A stretch of 64,000 nucleotides of DNA from Raillietiella orientalis (GCA_036172245.1 JAYWIR010000003.1:6820001-6884000), one strand, 5' to 3'; shown: positions 50,601 through 64,000, numbered from the stretch's first letter. Notes: generated from the sequence alone by a model not told the origin. Translations and numbers: made by a program.

Positions 50601-53600
50601 AGGAAGTGATGAGAGCGGGAGAGGTCACGAAGGGCCGGGGGCGAGGACCGCCGCACCGAGTCCCGTCAACGTCTTTGACCCGGGACGCAGCGACGGAAGT
50701 ACCGCGGGGAAACGCGGGAAGGCGGGAAGCGCGCGTGCGCTCGCACGAGGAAACTCCGCCAGCGGGAAAATCAGCCACGTGCTGGAAACGAACCGCCGGG
50801 TGGTGGTGGTGGTTCGCATCCGAAGCGAGGGATGCGATCCAGGACGTGCCGGAACGGAAAGCAAGGAAGAAAAAAAAATCCGTGTTCTCGACCTGGAGCA
50901 AGCACTTGCAGTTGCTGATTCTCCCAAAAGTGGGCACGCGGTGAGCGCGCAGGGGCGATACGGGAGATGGCGCTCGCCACGGGTGGGTCTGCCACCGCCG
51001 GCTGCGCGTTGCGCAGCACCACCTCCCGGATGCGTGCGGAGGAGGGGACACGCGAGTGGACCCGGCTCGTTCGAGGATCTCCTCGAAGGAGGTGCAGCAC
51101 CGCACTCTTCCCCATCTGCCCTCCTTTCCACTCCCCTCCGTTTCCCCGCTGGCGCTCCAACCGGAGACGGGATGCTGCGCGCTCACTCGCTCTGGCCTTT
51201 CGTGCCACGAAGGCCACGGATTTGTTGCTGCCGATGGCGCCGCGAGCGGAGTTGCCACCGCATGAGCCACGGCGCGGCTGCGGGGAGAAAGTGCCATCTA
51301 GCGGTGGGCGCGTGCACGGTTCGTCCCGGCACGGATCACCCGTGCGCGTTGCAAGGCTGCGAGGCGACCTCTCACGACGGGGTGGCTCGGATCCCCACGT
51401 GTGCCGCGGGGTCGCGCGAACCGCACGTCACGTGCACGCCGGGCGGAAGCGCAAATGCTTTCCCGGCGGCGCAGCCGAGCCACCACGCCTGAATAACAAT
51501 CGCACCGCCGCATTGCCGGAGGGGAATTGTTGCCGTACGGGTCGTGGCAGGAGCCGAATGACGAAACGAATGACGATAAGACCTATGAATGGGAGACCGG
51601 TCCGAGATGGGAAGTCAGATGACGTGGACGGCAACGTGATCGTTTCGTTTCCTTGGCATTTTAGTTGCAAGTAGGCAAACGTTCCATGCAACCGCCGAGT
51701 TGCAAACGGCGTTTCGAAAAACCGTGACGTCACAGGTCGTCGTGAAGGCAGGCACACCTCGAGCTGATGGCGAAGGTAAGTACGTGCATGTTTGCAAGGC
51801 GTCCAGGGTTGAGTGCCCCGGCATTCATCCGTTGGGTTGCATGGACCATTCCCTCTCTCTCTCTCTCTCTTCCCCCGAAAGTGCACGTCCGCCACCCGGT
51901 CGCCTTTTCCAACTCGACGAAATTCCCGTGGGAAGCACTGGCGCCGAATGCCGCGGGTCCACGGCTCCCCATGTGCTGGCACTTTTCGTCACCGTGGCCG
52001 ATTGGGGCGGGGAAGACGGCGGGGGGGGGGAGCGCATCGATCCAGAGATGACGCATCCGGATAACCTTCTCGAGCGTACTGTGACGTGCATCGAAAAAAA
52101 AAAAGAAGAAGGGAGAAAAAAAGACCGAACGCATCTGCAGGCGGAGAAAGGCATCAGCTTGTCGGACGGCGCGCCGAGCGAAGAGATTCTTCTGCTTGGA
52201 GCGGGACCGACGCGCGACCAACTCATCCCGTCGGAGGCAAGCCGCGAGCGCCACTTCCGGGGCAGAACCGTCCGGGATCCGTGACGTGTCGTCCGCTTTT
52301 CGATTTTCCCCGATCCCTGGTGTTTCCGTGGCGGCGCGCCCGCGGGAGCCGAAATCCGAATCCACAAAGGGGCGAGGCGCCGCGCGTGCGGGCGAGCCCT
52401 TTCGGGACGGTCGGTCGCTCGCCGGTCGGGGGGGCCGCGAGGGACGCACCCGAGACGTCGGACCTGCGCTCGCCCGCCCGCCCGGCAGCCGAGCCAGCAG
52501 CCGTCGCCGGGCGGCGGGGCTCGTCGTCTCCGCCGGGCGGAAGCGAGGGCGGCGACGATGGGGCCGATCAATCGGCTGGGCGGGTCCCTGGTCGCCGCTC
52601 GCCTCCCCGCGTGCTTCCCCGTCCGTCTGTAGGTCGCCTGCGCTCAGGAAGCGGAACGTCCGCCGGGCTCCTCGCTCCGGCGTGCAGTCTCCGGCAGCTT
52701 CGCGGCGGAGCTCCTCCGTCCGCGTGTCGGCCCAACGCGCAGAGAGGCGCAAAAGCTGGCAGACGCCGCCGCGGTGCGCAAATGCCGGGGAAATCCTGGA
52801 GAGAGGGGGGACTCGGCCGATGAGCTCCGCGCGAGCCCCTGCGTCAGCTGCTCCGTACGCATCCCACGCGCACCGCCTCTCCGGGATGACGCGGGAAAAA
52901 AAAAAAAAAAAAGGCAAGTGAATGAAACGAGGTGGATGCGTTGCATGCCAGGCAGCAGGGAGCTGCCGTCATCCCAGTGGGACGATGGTCTCCCCGCTCC
53001 TCCCTGCGGGCCGACGAGCGGAGGGTTTGCTGGCAGCAGCCCGAAAGGGACCTCCAAGAGAAGGCGGGTGCCCTTCCGCCGTGCGTTTACGGCCGGTGCT
53101 CCCTCGCCGTCAAGGTCGAGCTCCACGCCCCGGGCCGCCCTGCTGCTGCATTCTCCTTTGCGGGGTGCTTCGAGGAGCCCCGGGGCGGAGATCCCACCCC
53201 TCCACCGAGTTCCGGCTCCCTTGCGCGGCAGACCCGCCCGACGCGCGTTTCGGGAGGGACGCTGTCTTCCTGCCGAGGAATGGGCCGCGTCCGTCCGAGG
53301 ACGGCAACAGTGGGAGGGTGGTCGCGTCGAGCGTGACCCGCGGCGCCGCATCGTTAAACGAGCCGCGCACTGTGCGAGCGGTGAACGCCAGGTCGAAAAC
53401 GGCCGCTGGGGAGGGAGAGGCCGCCGCAGCGGTCCGGCCCGCTTTTGGAGCCGGGACGCAGGGCGGACCCCGTCGCCCGTCGCGGCTCTCCGGCTCCTCA
53501 GCGGCCGACCTGGTCGCCTCAGGGGCGCCGCTCCCTGACCGTCGTCCGGCTGGCAAGCGACGAACCCCAACTGCTGCTGCGCCTCTTCCTTTCGGTCTGC

Positions 53601-54804
53601 TCCGTGCCCAGACCGATCGAGTGGTCCCTTGCTGATCAAGGTGGATACCTCCCGGAGAAGATGAAGCCTCTTTGTAACTGAGATGAGCCCAAGAGCTTCT
53701 CGCTCTTTTGCGCGTGCCTCCGAAGCAACAGGTTGTCGTATAGCAAAAGCTGCAACCGAACTTGCCATTGGCTATTCATTCGGTGAAATAAGCAACGGTT
53801 GCGCGTCAATTACACCTTCCCCCGCACTTGCAAAGTCGTGGTGGTGCGTCGCCTCGGTCAAGCGAAGGCGCAGGCTCGGTGGGTGGGAGACCTTCCAAGA
53901 GCGGAGAACGCTTCCCGGAAAACGTGAAGCGCGTCCTCGGTTCCCGCCTGCGGGGCATGTCGGGGCGTGCAACCCTGGGCGGAAGAAACTGCAACATGAG
54001 CTGCCCAGGAGCAGATCTTGGGAATTATTCATTCGTGCGCAGCTTAGGGGGCATCCAATCAGGAAAGAGCGTAAGGGGAAACGATTCTCCGCGCACCGCC
54101 ATGGCACGCAACTGGTGTCAGCTTCCCCCTGAGGAATTTGGTGGAACGGCCTGGTCGTCCTTGTGCGGCAGGAAGCGAAGAGGTGCTGATGGGGGACGCT
54201 GAGAAGAGGGGGGGCCGGCTGGGGATGCAGGCAGACGCCACTTTGGTGGCTCGAGAGGCACGCGGGAGCGACGAGGGCGGGAAAGGTTGTGGGTGCAGCC
54301 TTCGCCGGCTCTCTGCTTCTCCCGACCGGTCGAGGACGGACTGTGTCTCTGCAGCGGTCGTGTGGTGCGAGCTCTTTGGCGCGCCCTGCTCGATGGCGCC
54401 CCTTTGCCTGCACTTCGCAGCGTTAGTGCCTAGGAAGAAATCGGTCAAGGAGGGAGGGTCCAGGAGGAGCATCCGACGCTCCCGGCGCGCTGCGAGAACC
54501 TGCCGCGAGCTCGTCCCCCGTGTGGATCGACCAGCCGTCCCGGGACGGGGGAGCCAGCAGCGAACCGAGCGAGGTGGAATGGCGAAGGAGGCCACCACGG
54601 GAGGATGAGCGCCAGCCTGCGGTTGAGCGGTGGGATCGCTTGGCCGGGCACCTTAGAGGAACCTTCGCTGCAGGGTGCCGTGGATTCGCGGTGACGAGAC
54701 GTGCGCGGGGACTCCCAGCCCTCCTCCTCCCTACTTTTTGGTGAGGGGGGTGGGCGTTTATTCCTGGTGCTCGGATTTCATTTTTCGGCACCTGCACGCT
54801 CAGA

Positions 54805-54982
54805 CTACCTTTATTACCACTTCCCCACACTTGCACCACTACTATCACCCTATCATCTCATCACCACCACTACTATCACAGCGCTACTACCACTATCATA
54901 CCACAACTCCACCACCACCACCACAGCACCATTACCACCACCATACCACCACTACGACCACATCGCCCCTACCAGTACTATC
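54805..54982. repeat. Degenerate (CAC/TAC)n trinucleotide low-complexity tract
   Basis: Almost G-free CACCAC/TACTAT repeats within otherwise GC-rich DNA. Confidence 0.85.
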
Positions 54983-56320
54983 GTCCCGTGATGCGTGGTT
55001 GTCGGGAGGGGGCGCCCCGAATAGGTACGAGTCCCCTTCCGCGCGGCCCGTGTTTCCGGCGCAAATCATCGTGGGTCAAGAGCCTTTTCTTCCCGCAGCT
55101 TTCGAGCCGAGATACTCCTCTCGGTTTTCCCTCCTCCCCGCGATCCCGGCCGGGTGCCTCCGGGCCAGGCAGCCGGGTCGCGGACGTTCCAGGGCGCTCC
55201 TCGCACCCGTCGGCCGGCCGAGCAGTGAGGTGGGTAGACGCGGCCTCGGAGGGGGATGGGCGCGGGAAGCGAAGGCAACCGAAGACGACGCCATACCGCC
55301 CCGCTCCCTGGAGGTCCCCGGTCTCCAGGGTGAGGAGCAGGAGGAAGAGGATGACCCTTTCCTCCGGCGGAATTCGTGCCTTCTGGTGGTCTCGTGGGGA
55401 GGGCGCGGACTCCTCTCGTTCGGCTTCCACCGGCGCCCGTGGTTTCTCCCGGACCCAGGGAAGGGGAGCCCGCCCCTCCTGGATGGACGGAGGGCGGAAA
55501 GGAGGAGGACATCCGGCTGGGGAGAAGTGGGCCGGAGGAGTCTTTTTTTTGCACGCCCGGCTGGTGGGGGCCGCGCGGGGAAAGGGGCGGTAGGGGTTGA
55601 GGTGGAAAGGGAGATGATCTCCCCTTTCAGCCCGCCCCAAGTCCGTCGATCGGGAAACCCTGTCGCGGCTTCGGGGCCCAGGCAGGTGCGATCTCTGTTT
55701 GCTGGCAAAATGGGGACAGGAAGCCTGCGTTCCACGCGGCTTGTGTCGCCGCCTCGCGTGCACCGCTAGCGACGCTCATGTCGAGCAGCGCAGTCGCTTG
55801 CCGTGCCATCTATGAACGCGCGACGGAATCACGTGCCTTTCTTCCTTTTGCCATGCAGCCGAAGTGCCTGCTGCGCACCCACGTGTGCGAGAAAGGACGG
55901 GCTGCGTACGTGCTTGGCACGCGAGCAGGCATCGGGGATGAGTCGGGAAGGACTCTCATCCCACCCCCTTCGCCCTCGGATCTCGCTCTTTTTTCAACAA
56001 CAGCGCGACTCGCAGGAAGGGCGCTTCCGTCGCCGCAGTCTCCCCTGTAGTGGAAATGGGTGCGATTCTCGGGGAACGGACGGACGCAGAGGAAGGGAGG
56101 AGGGACTGGGGGGTAAGATACGAACGAACCTTCGGGAGAAGGGAAGGGAGGTGGCCTGCTCGCCAAGTCCTCCGAGGTCGTCCGCGTCGCTGCTTTCTCG
56201 CGAACTGTCCCGCACGGCCGGAGAAGGGAAAAGTGTGTGTGTGTGAAGTAGGGGGGGGGGAGATGGATCTCCTCTCCCGCTCCCGCCCCTATTCGGTCAC
56301 CTCTCTCCCTTTTGCGTCTT

Positions 56321-58442
56321 ATGCAGGCTCTCACGGCTCGCCTCTGCTTCTCCATCTTCTCTGCCACCCTGGGGATGCTGCAGTTCGGATACAACACGGG
56401 GGTCATCAACGCCCCGCAGAAGGTTCGACCCCGGGAAGCCCTCCGCTCGTCCAACCACAGTGCCTTCCCAGGTCATCCAGGCGTTCCTCTCGCAGGTGCA
56501 TCAGGAGCGCCACGGCGTGCCCATGGACGACGGCTTCAACAACCTGTGCTGGTCCCTCACCGTGGCCATCTTCGCCCTTGGAGGGATGCTGGGAGGGTTG
56601 TCCGCGGGCTCCCTCGCCAACCGCTACGGGAGGTACGCCGGAACGCCCTTCCCGTTCGCCTCCTCCTCCCCCTCCCTCGCTTCGCTGTCGCCGAAGGGGA
56701 AGGGGTGGGGCAGGTCGCGAGCGAGGGTGTGCTGGGGAGGAGGAGACCGGGAAGAACATCCCACGGAGGGTCAGCGACAGTGCCCGCGGGTCTCTTGCAG
56801 GAAGATCGCCATGCTCCTGAACGCAAGTCTGGGGAACACCGCGGCCATTGTCATGGGGACAGCGAAGCCCGCACGGTCCTACGAGGCGATTATCGTGGGG
56901 CGGTTCCTCATCGGCGTCAGCTGCGGTAGGAACTGAGGGCTCCCCCCCACTCCCCCTCCTTCCGCCCCACCGTCCCTGGCGGTCGCCTCTGACGAGGACA
57001 CCCCGCCCGCGTCGTTCCAGGGATGAGCACGTCCCTGAGCCCCATGTACGTGTCCGAGATCGCGCCCGTGAGCGTCAGAGGTGCCCTGGGAGTCCTCAAC
57101 CAGCTGGCCGTCACTATGGGGCTGCTCCTCTCGCAGGTGCTGGGGATTGAAGAGGTGCTGGGCAACGCCGTGGGGTGGCCCTACCTGCTAGGTGCGTGTA
57201 CCCGTCCCAGTACCGCGTCCCATTGGGACCTCCGTCCCGTCCCTTCCTTTCCAGGTCTGGCCGTCGTCCCAGCGACCCTGCAGCTCGTCCTGCTGCCCTT
57301 CTGCCCTGAGTCTCCGCGGTTCCTGCTTCTGGACAAGGGCGACGAGGGCAGGGCAAAGACAGGTAAGAAGGAGGCGGGGCTGGCGGACGGGCGGCTGAAC
57401 CGCTCGCCCTCCCCGTGCATGCTCCCGGAGGGGGGCGGCGACGGCGCCACTGATCCGCCTCCTCTCCAGCCCTGTGGCAGCTCCGCGGGCGCCGCGAGCT
57501 GCAGGTGGAAGCCGAGCTGGAGGAGATTTCCAGGGAGGGCCGCGACGCCGCCCTGGCCTCCCGTGTCTCGGTCTGGGGACTCCTCCGCTCTCCGGCCTTG
57601 CCTCTGGTCATCGCCGTGGTCATGCAGCTCTCCCAGCAGCTCTCCGGGATCAACGCGGTGGGTGGCGAGAGGAAGGGGGAAGGGGTGGGGATGGCGGCGG
57701 GAGGGGGAAGTAGGAGAAACTTCGCAGATCTTTTACTACTCGTCGAGCATCTTCCAAGCGTCGGGGCTGTCGGAGATCAGTGCCGGACACGCGACCATTG
57801 GCGTGGGGGGTGTCATGGTGGTCATGACCTTGGTCAGCATCCCCCTGATGGAGCGTCAGGGGAGGAGGCGCCTGCACCTGCTGGGGCTGGGGGGGATGTT
57901 CATAGCCAGCATCCTCCTCACGGTGTTCCTGTCCTTGAGGGTGAGCTTGGGGAAGCCGACCCCCCCTCGTCCCGTAACACCTGGCTCCCGGCCGTTCCTC
58001 CCCAGTTCGACCAGGCCTCTAAGGTATGCGTGCTGTGGGTGCTCGCCTTCGTGGTGTTCTTCGCCATCGGGCCCGGGTCCATCCCCTGGCTGATTACCGC
58101 GGAACTCTTCTCGCAGGGGCCCAGGCCCGCGGCCATGTCCATCGCCGTCTTCGTCAACTGGATGGCCAACTTTGCTGTCGGCCTCACCTACATCCACATG
58201 CAGGTGTGTCCGAGACGGCCTCCCCTATCCTTCCCTTCCTCCTCTTCCTTTTCCTCCTCCTTCCTTTCTGGGCTCCTCCTTTTCCTTCGTTTCTCTTCCA
58301 GGAGGCGCTCGGGGACTTCTCCTTCGTGCCATTCAGCGTCCTCCTGGCACTCTTCTGGATCTTCACGTACAAGAAGGTGCCCGAGACGAAGAACAAGACC
58401 TTCGAGGAGATATCGAAGATGTTCGCGCCGTCCTCCTCCTGA
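56321..58442 (+). CDS. Glut1: Facilitated glucose transporter, SLC2A class I (Glut1-like)
   Basis: Exons 56321/56327-56422, 56472-56632, 56801-56925, 57021-57191, 57255-57362, 57470-57657, 57728-57940, 58006-58203, 58302-58442. Motifs [96 protein letters not shown]. The start is either ATG 56321 or an unseen upstream exon spliced at 56327. AATAAA at 58576. Confidence 0.95.
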
Positions 58443-61400
58443 TGTGGTCGCCTCCCGGAGGAGAACAGCGTGTCCCTCCGCAGGTATCCCCACCCGCATT
58501 CCGGCGAGGGCGATCACCAGAGCCCGAGGGCGCATCCTGACTCCCTCCCTGGAGAGATTCCGGCTGCCGCACGAAAATAAAAGGGAGCGCGGCGAAGGCT
58601 CACCCTGGGGTCAGCAGGGGGAAGTTGTGCGTGGGCGTGTGCGCCGCATCGTGATGTTCCTTTTCTATCCCTTCTTTCTTGGCTGGCAACCTTACGGAGC
58701 GCGGAGGCTGAGCCAGGAGCATGGACCATTCCGGGCGCCAAAATGGAGCGGTTGCTTCGCAGCCGCGTCCCTCTCTCCGCCTTCTCTTCCCCGGCTCGGA
58801 CGGGGGAGACCAGGGCGATTGGAGGGTGCTGTTTGGTTCATGAGGGGGCAGCCATCCAGAGAGGCTCACGATAATTAGGTGGCTTCCCTGATGGCGATGT
58901 GCCCCCTGCCTCCCGGTTTCTGGACGGGGGAGGAGCCCCGCTCCCCCTTGTTGCTTCCGACCTCCCCTCCTCGCTTCAAAGAGGGCGGCTAAGGGATCGC
59001 CTGGGGCAGGCCGTCTCAGATGGCGACGGGTCACCCGCATCACAGTGAGGAAGAGCGTTGACTCTGGCAGCCCCTCGCTGGTGCTGCCGTGTCGGGGGAC
59101 CAAAGAGGACAGACAGAAGCGCGCGTCCCGGGGCATCGGGTAGCGCTGACCCTCCCTCCTCCGAAAGGAGAGGGCGGGCAGCCGTCCGGTTGGGGTCGCG
59201 CGTCGCTACGGATCCGCCTGTTCATCTCCATCGATCCGCCTTGCAGCTCCGGGAATCTATCCCGCGCGAACCTTTCCGGGGAAGGTGGCAGGGCTGCCAG
59301 CACTTCCCACGCGGGTTTCACACGTGACCGCCCGTCACTCTGTTCGCAGAGCGAGGAGCCACGAGCGGCCAAGCAGTTGCGTTCGACGTGTGGCCATCGC
59401 CGGCCACGGGTGCTTCCGTGCGGGGCGGGGATACCAGCATTCTCCCTGGAGGTTCGCCGTTCTTTTCCGGGAGAGCGAGGAGAAAAACAGGGTTGCCACT
59501 TGGAGGCACCGCAGCTGCTGCGGGCAGTGACGCCACTCCTCGAGCGCGGCGAGACGCCTCGGGGCCCCGCCTAGAAAGGGGACTTCGCCCTCGCGGGCTC
59601 CTTCCTGGAACTTCAGGCCGCCGTTCCTCCTGGTGATGCTATAGACGGCAGCAGCGTCGAGCCCGCTCGTCTGGCAGGCAGGCCGCGACCGGCCCTTTGA
59701 CGGCACCCGCTCACCAGGACCTTCGGAGAGCGGTCAACGTCCGCAGCCATTCGTGTCACTGTCCAGCTTTCCTCCTGGACCGAGCATCCCGTCCGATGGG
59801 GCCAGCGTCAGCCGTGCTCCCGGGACTTCTCGGCCAGCTCACCCTCTTTCGCCGGAGGGCCGTTGTCCGACGCGCTTTGCCCAGGCAGTTCCCCGCATCG
59901 GACCTGTCCCTGCGGGTGAAATCTCGACCAATGCTTTCCGGTAAGGCGCCTCGCCATCTCGGCTCCTGGACCGGGAGGCACAAGGAGGCCGTGGGGTGGG
60001 AGCAGCAGCCTTGGTGGAATGGGATGCTGCGACCGAAGCCCCGCCGACAGCGGGCCAGGGTCTGAGGCGAGGGGGCACAGGGTGGCAGCGGCCCGCCAGA
60101 AGCCGCCTCACGTTTTTTGGGGCGCAAACCCGAGAGCCCGAAGAGACGCGCTGCAGGGCTGCCAGCGACGCAAGGCCGCCCCCTTCGCTCCTCGGGGAGG
60201 ACGGGGGGGGCGGGAGTCCTCGCCGTTGCCAAGGAGTCTGCAACTGACCTCCAGGATGGGGTCGATGTGTCACGCGTTCAGAGAGGCTCATAGAGGCTTT
60301 GGCGGGGAGCACGATGCCCGGAGGTTGCAGGGCTCGGAACGCCGACGGCATGAGCGCATCCTTGACCGTCTCCCCGAGAATCGTCTTCGGAGTCGGTCCC
60401 GCGCTACGAGATGGCAGCACGGATCGGCAAGGCTACTCAGTAGGAACGGGAGCCGGAGGCCCCGTGACCCGGAGGGCAGGAGATCGACTCCCTGCTTCGG
60501 TTGGACCCGACGATCCGTCTCTCTGGACATCCCTGGATGTGCCTCCCGGCTGGAAGACTTCGGAGGACTGGCGTTCCGCTCCTCGTCTAGGCGTGATTGT
60601 TCCAGCGTTGATTCGGGTTCCCGCGCGTCACGGAGCACATGGTGTCGATAGGTCCTCAAGGTGGCGCCAGACATCAGAGAAATAGGTACGGTAGGGTAGG
60701 AGAGAATGAGGAAGAGAAGTTTCCTTGAGGATCAACCGAAGGTGACCGCCGTCGATCAGCGATTGCCCGAGACCCGGTGCCCCACGAAGCAGACGCTTCC
60801 CAATGCGATCCTCCACATCGAACGCGAAAGTCCCCAAATGGGATCACGGGTGCTCCCCTCTCAAGCGTTCTCAACGCCTCCGGACGCCGGCCTTCCTTGC
60901 GGGGGCGAGGCCATCATTCGAGAGCCGGCAACCGTCCCACGCCAGTCGGACTGTTGCCCGTCAGAGCGCCCATCGCATCCATTTGCTTTCCTGCAGACCC
61001 TCGAGACCCGAGAAGAATGCCCTGAGGCCGCTTCAACCCATCCCCCATCCATTTGTGTATTCACTGTGGCCCTCCTCCCTAGTTCCGCTCCCTGCCAGGG
61101 CAGTCTCCTTGGGTTCGGGACGGCGCACGTCGACTCTTCTCTGTCTATCGCTGCGTAATCTGACCTCATTCTCGCAAACAAATAGGTGACTATCCTGGGC
61201 GAGATCACGTGGGAGCGTTTACTGTGAAGAATGCTTTTAAGACGAGCATCAGGGAGGGGAGGGCGCAGCGCCAGCCATGCGGCTCTCCCGTCCGACATCC
61301 GCCGGAAGCATCGCCTGGGTCTGCCTCCTCCGCTGCACCGGCCGCGCAACGGTGACCCCTCGCCTTCAGTGGGTCGTGGCAGGACGAGAGGTGGAGGAGA

Positions 61401-63348
61401 CTGCTTGTGACCCAAGGGTGCCGTACGGGGTGTTCCTCCTCCCCCTTTCCCTCCGGAGTTCGCGGCCCACCAGGGAGGGCGCGGCAGTGCGGAAGAAGCT
61501 GTCGGCACGCAGTCGCTGCCTTGGAGCCCCGCCTCGAGAGGGCGCAGGACTCGCGCCAACCCTCCGGCTCCCGCTGGGCGTGCCGTTCGCGGGCGCTCCC
61601 GAGGAACGGTTGATTCGGAGAGTTTCTCCCGGTCAAAAAATCTTTACGGTCAGGTAGTCGGGAAGTCCATAGAATATGACCCTTTCTTCTGAGCGATGGG
61701 ACCGGAAATCCCACCACCTCAGTCCAAGTCCAGGAGGCGCGCTCCTGCTCGCAGGCAGCTGCCTAACGAGGTCCGCAGAGAGATAGTAGGAGGGGGAGAG
61801 TAAGGAAGGGGGGGGGGGGGAGAGAAGGCGTCGTTCTGAAAAATGTCAGGGACCAAGGGAGGGAGTCACGGGGAAATGTCCGGCATCCTCACCGCTGCTC
61901 AGAGCAGGATACCGGCGAGGTCCTCCTCGTAGCGCGACGACTGCGGCCATGTTGTCGTCACCCTCGAAAGGGAGCTCTCGTCTCGATGGGTATGGCGTCT
62001 CGGTGGGTCGGGGGTGGCTCCCACTCCGCCGGGGCAGCACCAAGCCGTTGCCGACCGCCGCCGTGGCACGGTGCCACGCGCGGAGGCTCACCTCGCCACG
62101 CCTTCCGGGTCGCCCCTTGGAGATGGCGCCCCTGCACTCTCCGGAGATCGTCGACGCTAGAGGGGCGGATGTGGGTCGGGTTCCTCCCTTTCACCGCGCC
62201 GGCCACAACCCACCTTCGCCCTCCCTTCCCGACCATATCGCCATATAAAATTTAAACAGAACATTTCCATTTTGAAAATAAAAAAATTCAACCCTGGTCC
62301 GGTGGTGACAACGCGCCACCGAAGGCGCGGTAGGACTGATGTGGAAGTGGGACAGCAAGGAAGAAAAGAAGGACGCCGGGGTCAAGAAGTTAGCTTCTCA
62401 CCCACAACCTGGGAGCAACCTCCCTCCCAGGAGGAAGAGGAAAGGAACTGGAAGTCAACCCGAGCTCCCCATTCTTTGCTTGGCCTCTGGAGACTCCTGT
62501 TTTTTGCCCGCAGCGGCGGGGCTCAAGAACGGGCGGACCTGCCCGATTCTCCCTGCATCTCGCGGACTTCTGGGAGGTTGCCAGCCGGTAGAGCGGGTGA
62601 CCCCATAGTAGGAGCGGCAGAATTGGTGGGCCGGTGGAGGGCGGGCTGGTCGGACGACGCAGCGACTCCCAGTGCCCGCTCCAAGGGACCTCTCCCTTGT
62701 GCAAAACGTACCTGGGCATTCCGCGATCCCTCCCTCTCCACTTGGACAGCCCCGCGGCAGCCACCAAAAAGAGGCGTTGCTTTCCATGCAACGGGTGGTA
62801 TCTCCGGACGAGGGATGGCAACTTCCCGGGCTGCGTCACAGGCAGGCAGCCGAACACTCCCACGCACCTGCCGCCGGGCTGCCGTGACATTCGGAGCCGC
62901 CCGACCCTGGTCTGGTGGTGGCTGGCGCGTGCTCCAAGGATCCCCCCTCTGCCATGGTCTCCTGGTCCCGCCGCTTCAGAGGGAACGCCGCATTCCTCCC
63001 TCCTCCCTCCCTGAAAAGCGCCGCGCGGGATTTTTTCTCGAAATCCCCTTGGAAGCGTTTCCACGTCTTCCAAGGGGATTTCGAGAAAAAATCGTTTCGG
63101 GCTGACCCTGGGGGGGAGTGGGGGAGTGCATCAGCCAGCCATCCGGCATGCCAACAGGGGTTTAGGTGAGATATCAGGTGAACCGAGGCCCGCCCTGGAC
63201 GGGCGCCACCTGCTGCAGGCTGCGTGACTTCCCGGATTTTTTCCGGGACGCCCCTGACCTGGCTCCCTCCCCCCCGTCGACGCGCCTCAACAGGGTGTCT
63301 CCTTGTATTCTCTCGCCTCCATCATCGGCGGGGGAGGCCCGGCGGCCG

Positions 63349-64000
63349 TCAGATGCGGATGGACCCTTTCAGCGAGTCGGGGACGTCCTCCCACGTGGCC
63401 GTGCCCCTCGGGCGTCGCTTCTCCAGCGCTTCCGAGATGACCTCCTCCTTGAAGTCCGTCCACCTGGGAGCGAAATGCAGGCTTGAGTGTGCCACCTCCT
63501 GGAGGGCCGCGGAGCAAGAGCAGCCACCGCTACTCGCGCGTTTGCTTCCGCCCCCTACCCTCTGCTCTGGGGGGCGGAGGTCGCCCACTGACCTGCAACC
63601 GTGGTACATCAGCTTGATGACGTCCGTCTCCGAGGGTAGGTAGCGGTTCAGCTGCCTCCTGGTCATCGTCAGCAGCCCCATGCGCTTGTACTTCCTGAAG
63701 TAGGTCACGGGAATGTGCAGGACCTCGGCCGCCACGCTGCTGACCATCACGTGACAGTTCTCCAGGTTCTCTCCTAAAAAAACGACCAAGATTTGATCCC
63801 CCAGGGCGTCTCGACACCGGATCGCGGGGGCCAGTCACCCACTCCGAAGATGTCCACGGGCCGGAGCTCCGCCACGCGTAGGAAGTGCTTCTCCAACCGG
63901 ACCGGAGGCATCTTGTCCACGTGGTTGCAGGTCACTCCTTTCCTCTCCTCGGGCACGATCTCCAGGTCGCCCAGGAAGACGGACGGGTAGCAGCAGACGG
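63349..64000 (-). CDS. 3' end of a cyclic nucleotide-binding domain protein (CNBD2-like); runs off the window edge
   Basis: Exons >64000-63839, 63773-63593, 63463-63349 with GT-AG sites and consistent phase. FLRVAELRPVDIFGVGE...VMVSSVAAEVLHIP resembles the cNMP beta-barrel (L..GD.FG...S....E.L.I). Strong coding codon bias. Family assignment is from memory. Confidence 0.7.

Noticed and set aside
54675..55769. 364-aa ORF with a His/Tyr/Thr/Pro-rich stretch
   Set aside because: Translation of a CAC/TAC simple repeat followed by GC-rich non-coding-like sequence.
47700..56300. Many long overlapping ORFs (for example 433 aa at 50191, 395 aa at 51730, 374 aa at 52644)
   Set aside because: R/P/G/A/S-rich, open in several frames on both strands, crossing homopolymer runs, with no motifs; expected from stop-codon scarcity at high GC.
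58500..63300. Further long ORFs between Glut1 and the CNBD gene
   Set aside because: Same high-GC artefact; no recognisable domain or consistent exon chain found.
1..64000. CRISPR arrays, tRNA/rRNA genes, prokaryotic operons or defence systems
   Set aside because: None seen; the sequence is spliced eukaryotic DNA with no regularly spaced repeats or recognisable tRNA/rRNA motifs.

Overview
Eukaryotic (animal, most likely arthropod) genomic DNA with a compact gene architecture dominated by 37-54 nt introns. Seven conserved genes can be reconstructed by hand: Rop/Munc18-1 (+), CRCP/RPC9 (-), OGG1 (+), uridine-cytidine kinase (-), OSBP (+, about 17 kb), a class I GLUT/SLC2A transporter (+) and the 3' end of a cyclic-nucleotide-binding-domain gene (-). 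There is also an intronless orphan ORF (22367-22960) and a frameshifted Robo-like FN3/TM fragment near 2 kb. A nest of non-LTR retrotransposon pieces at about 11.0-18.8 kb holds several L1/Tx1-like subfamilies and one RLE-type Utopia/NeSL-like element. Most notable: (i) the OGG1 and UCK reading frames end on overlapping stop codons (shared TTAG, 20706-20709); (ii) micro-introns as short as 37 nt, several with no polypyrimidine tract; (iii) an AATAAA + CCCGG-N5-CCGGG stem-loop conserved at four L1/Tx1-like 3' ends, with nested and head-to-tail insertions; (iv) a steep rise in GC from roughly 30% to roughly 65% (by eye) across the window. All homology calls come from motif recognition; no database search was run.
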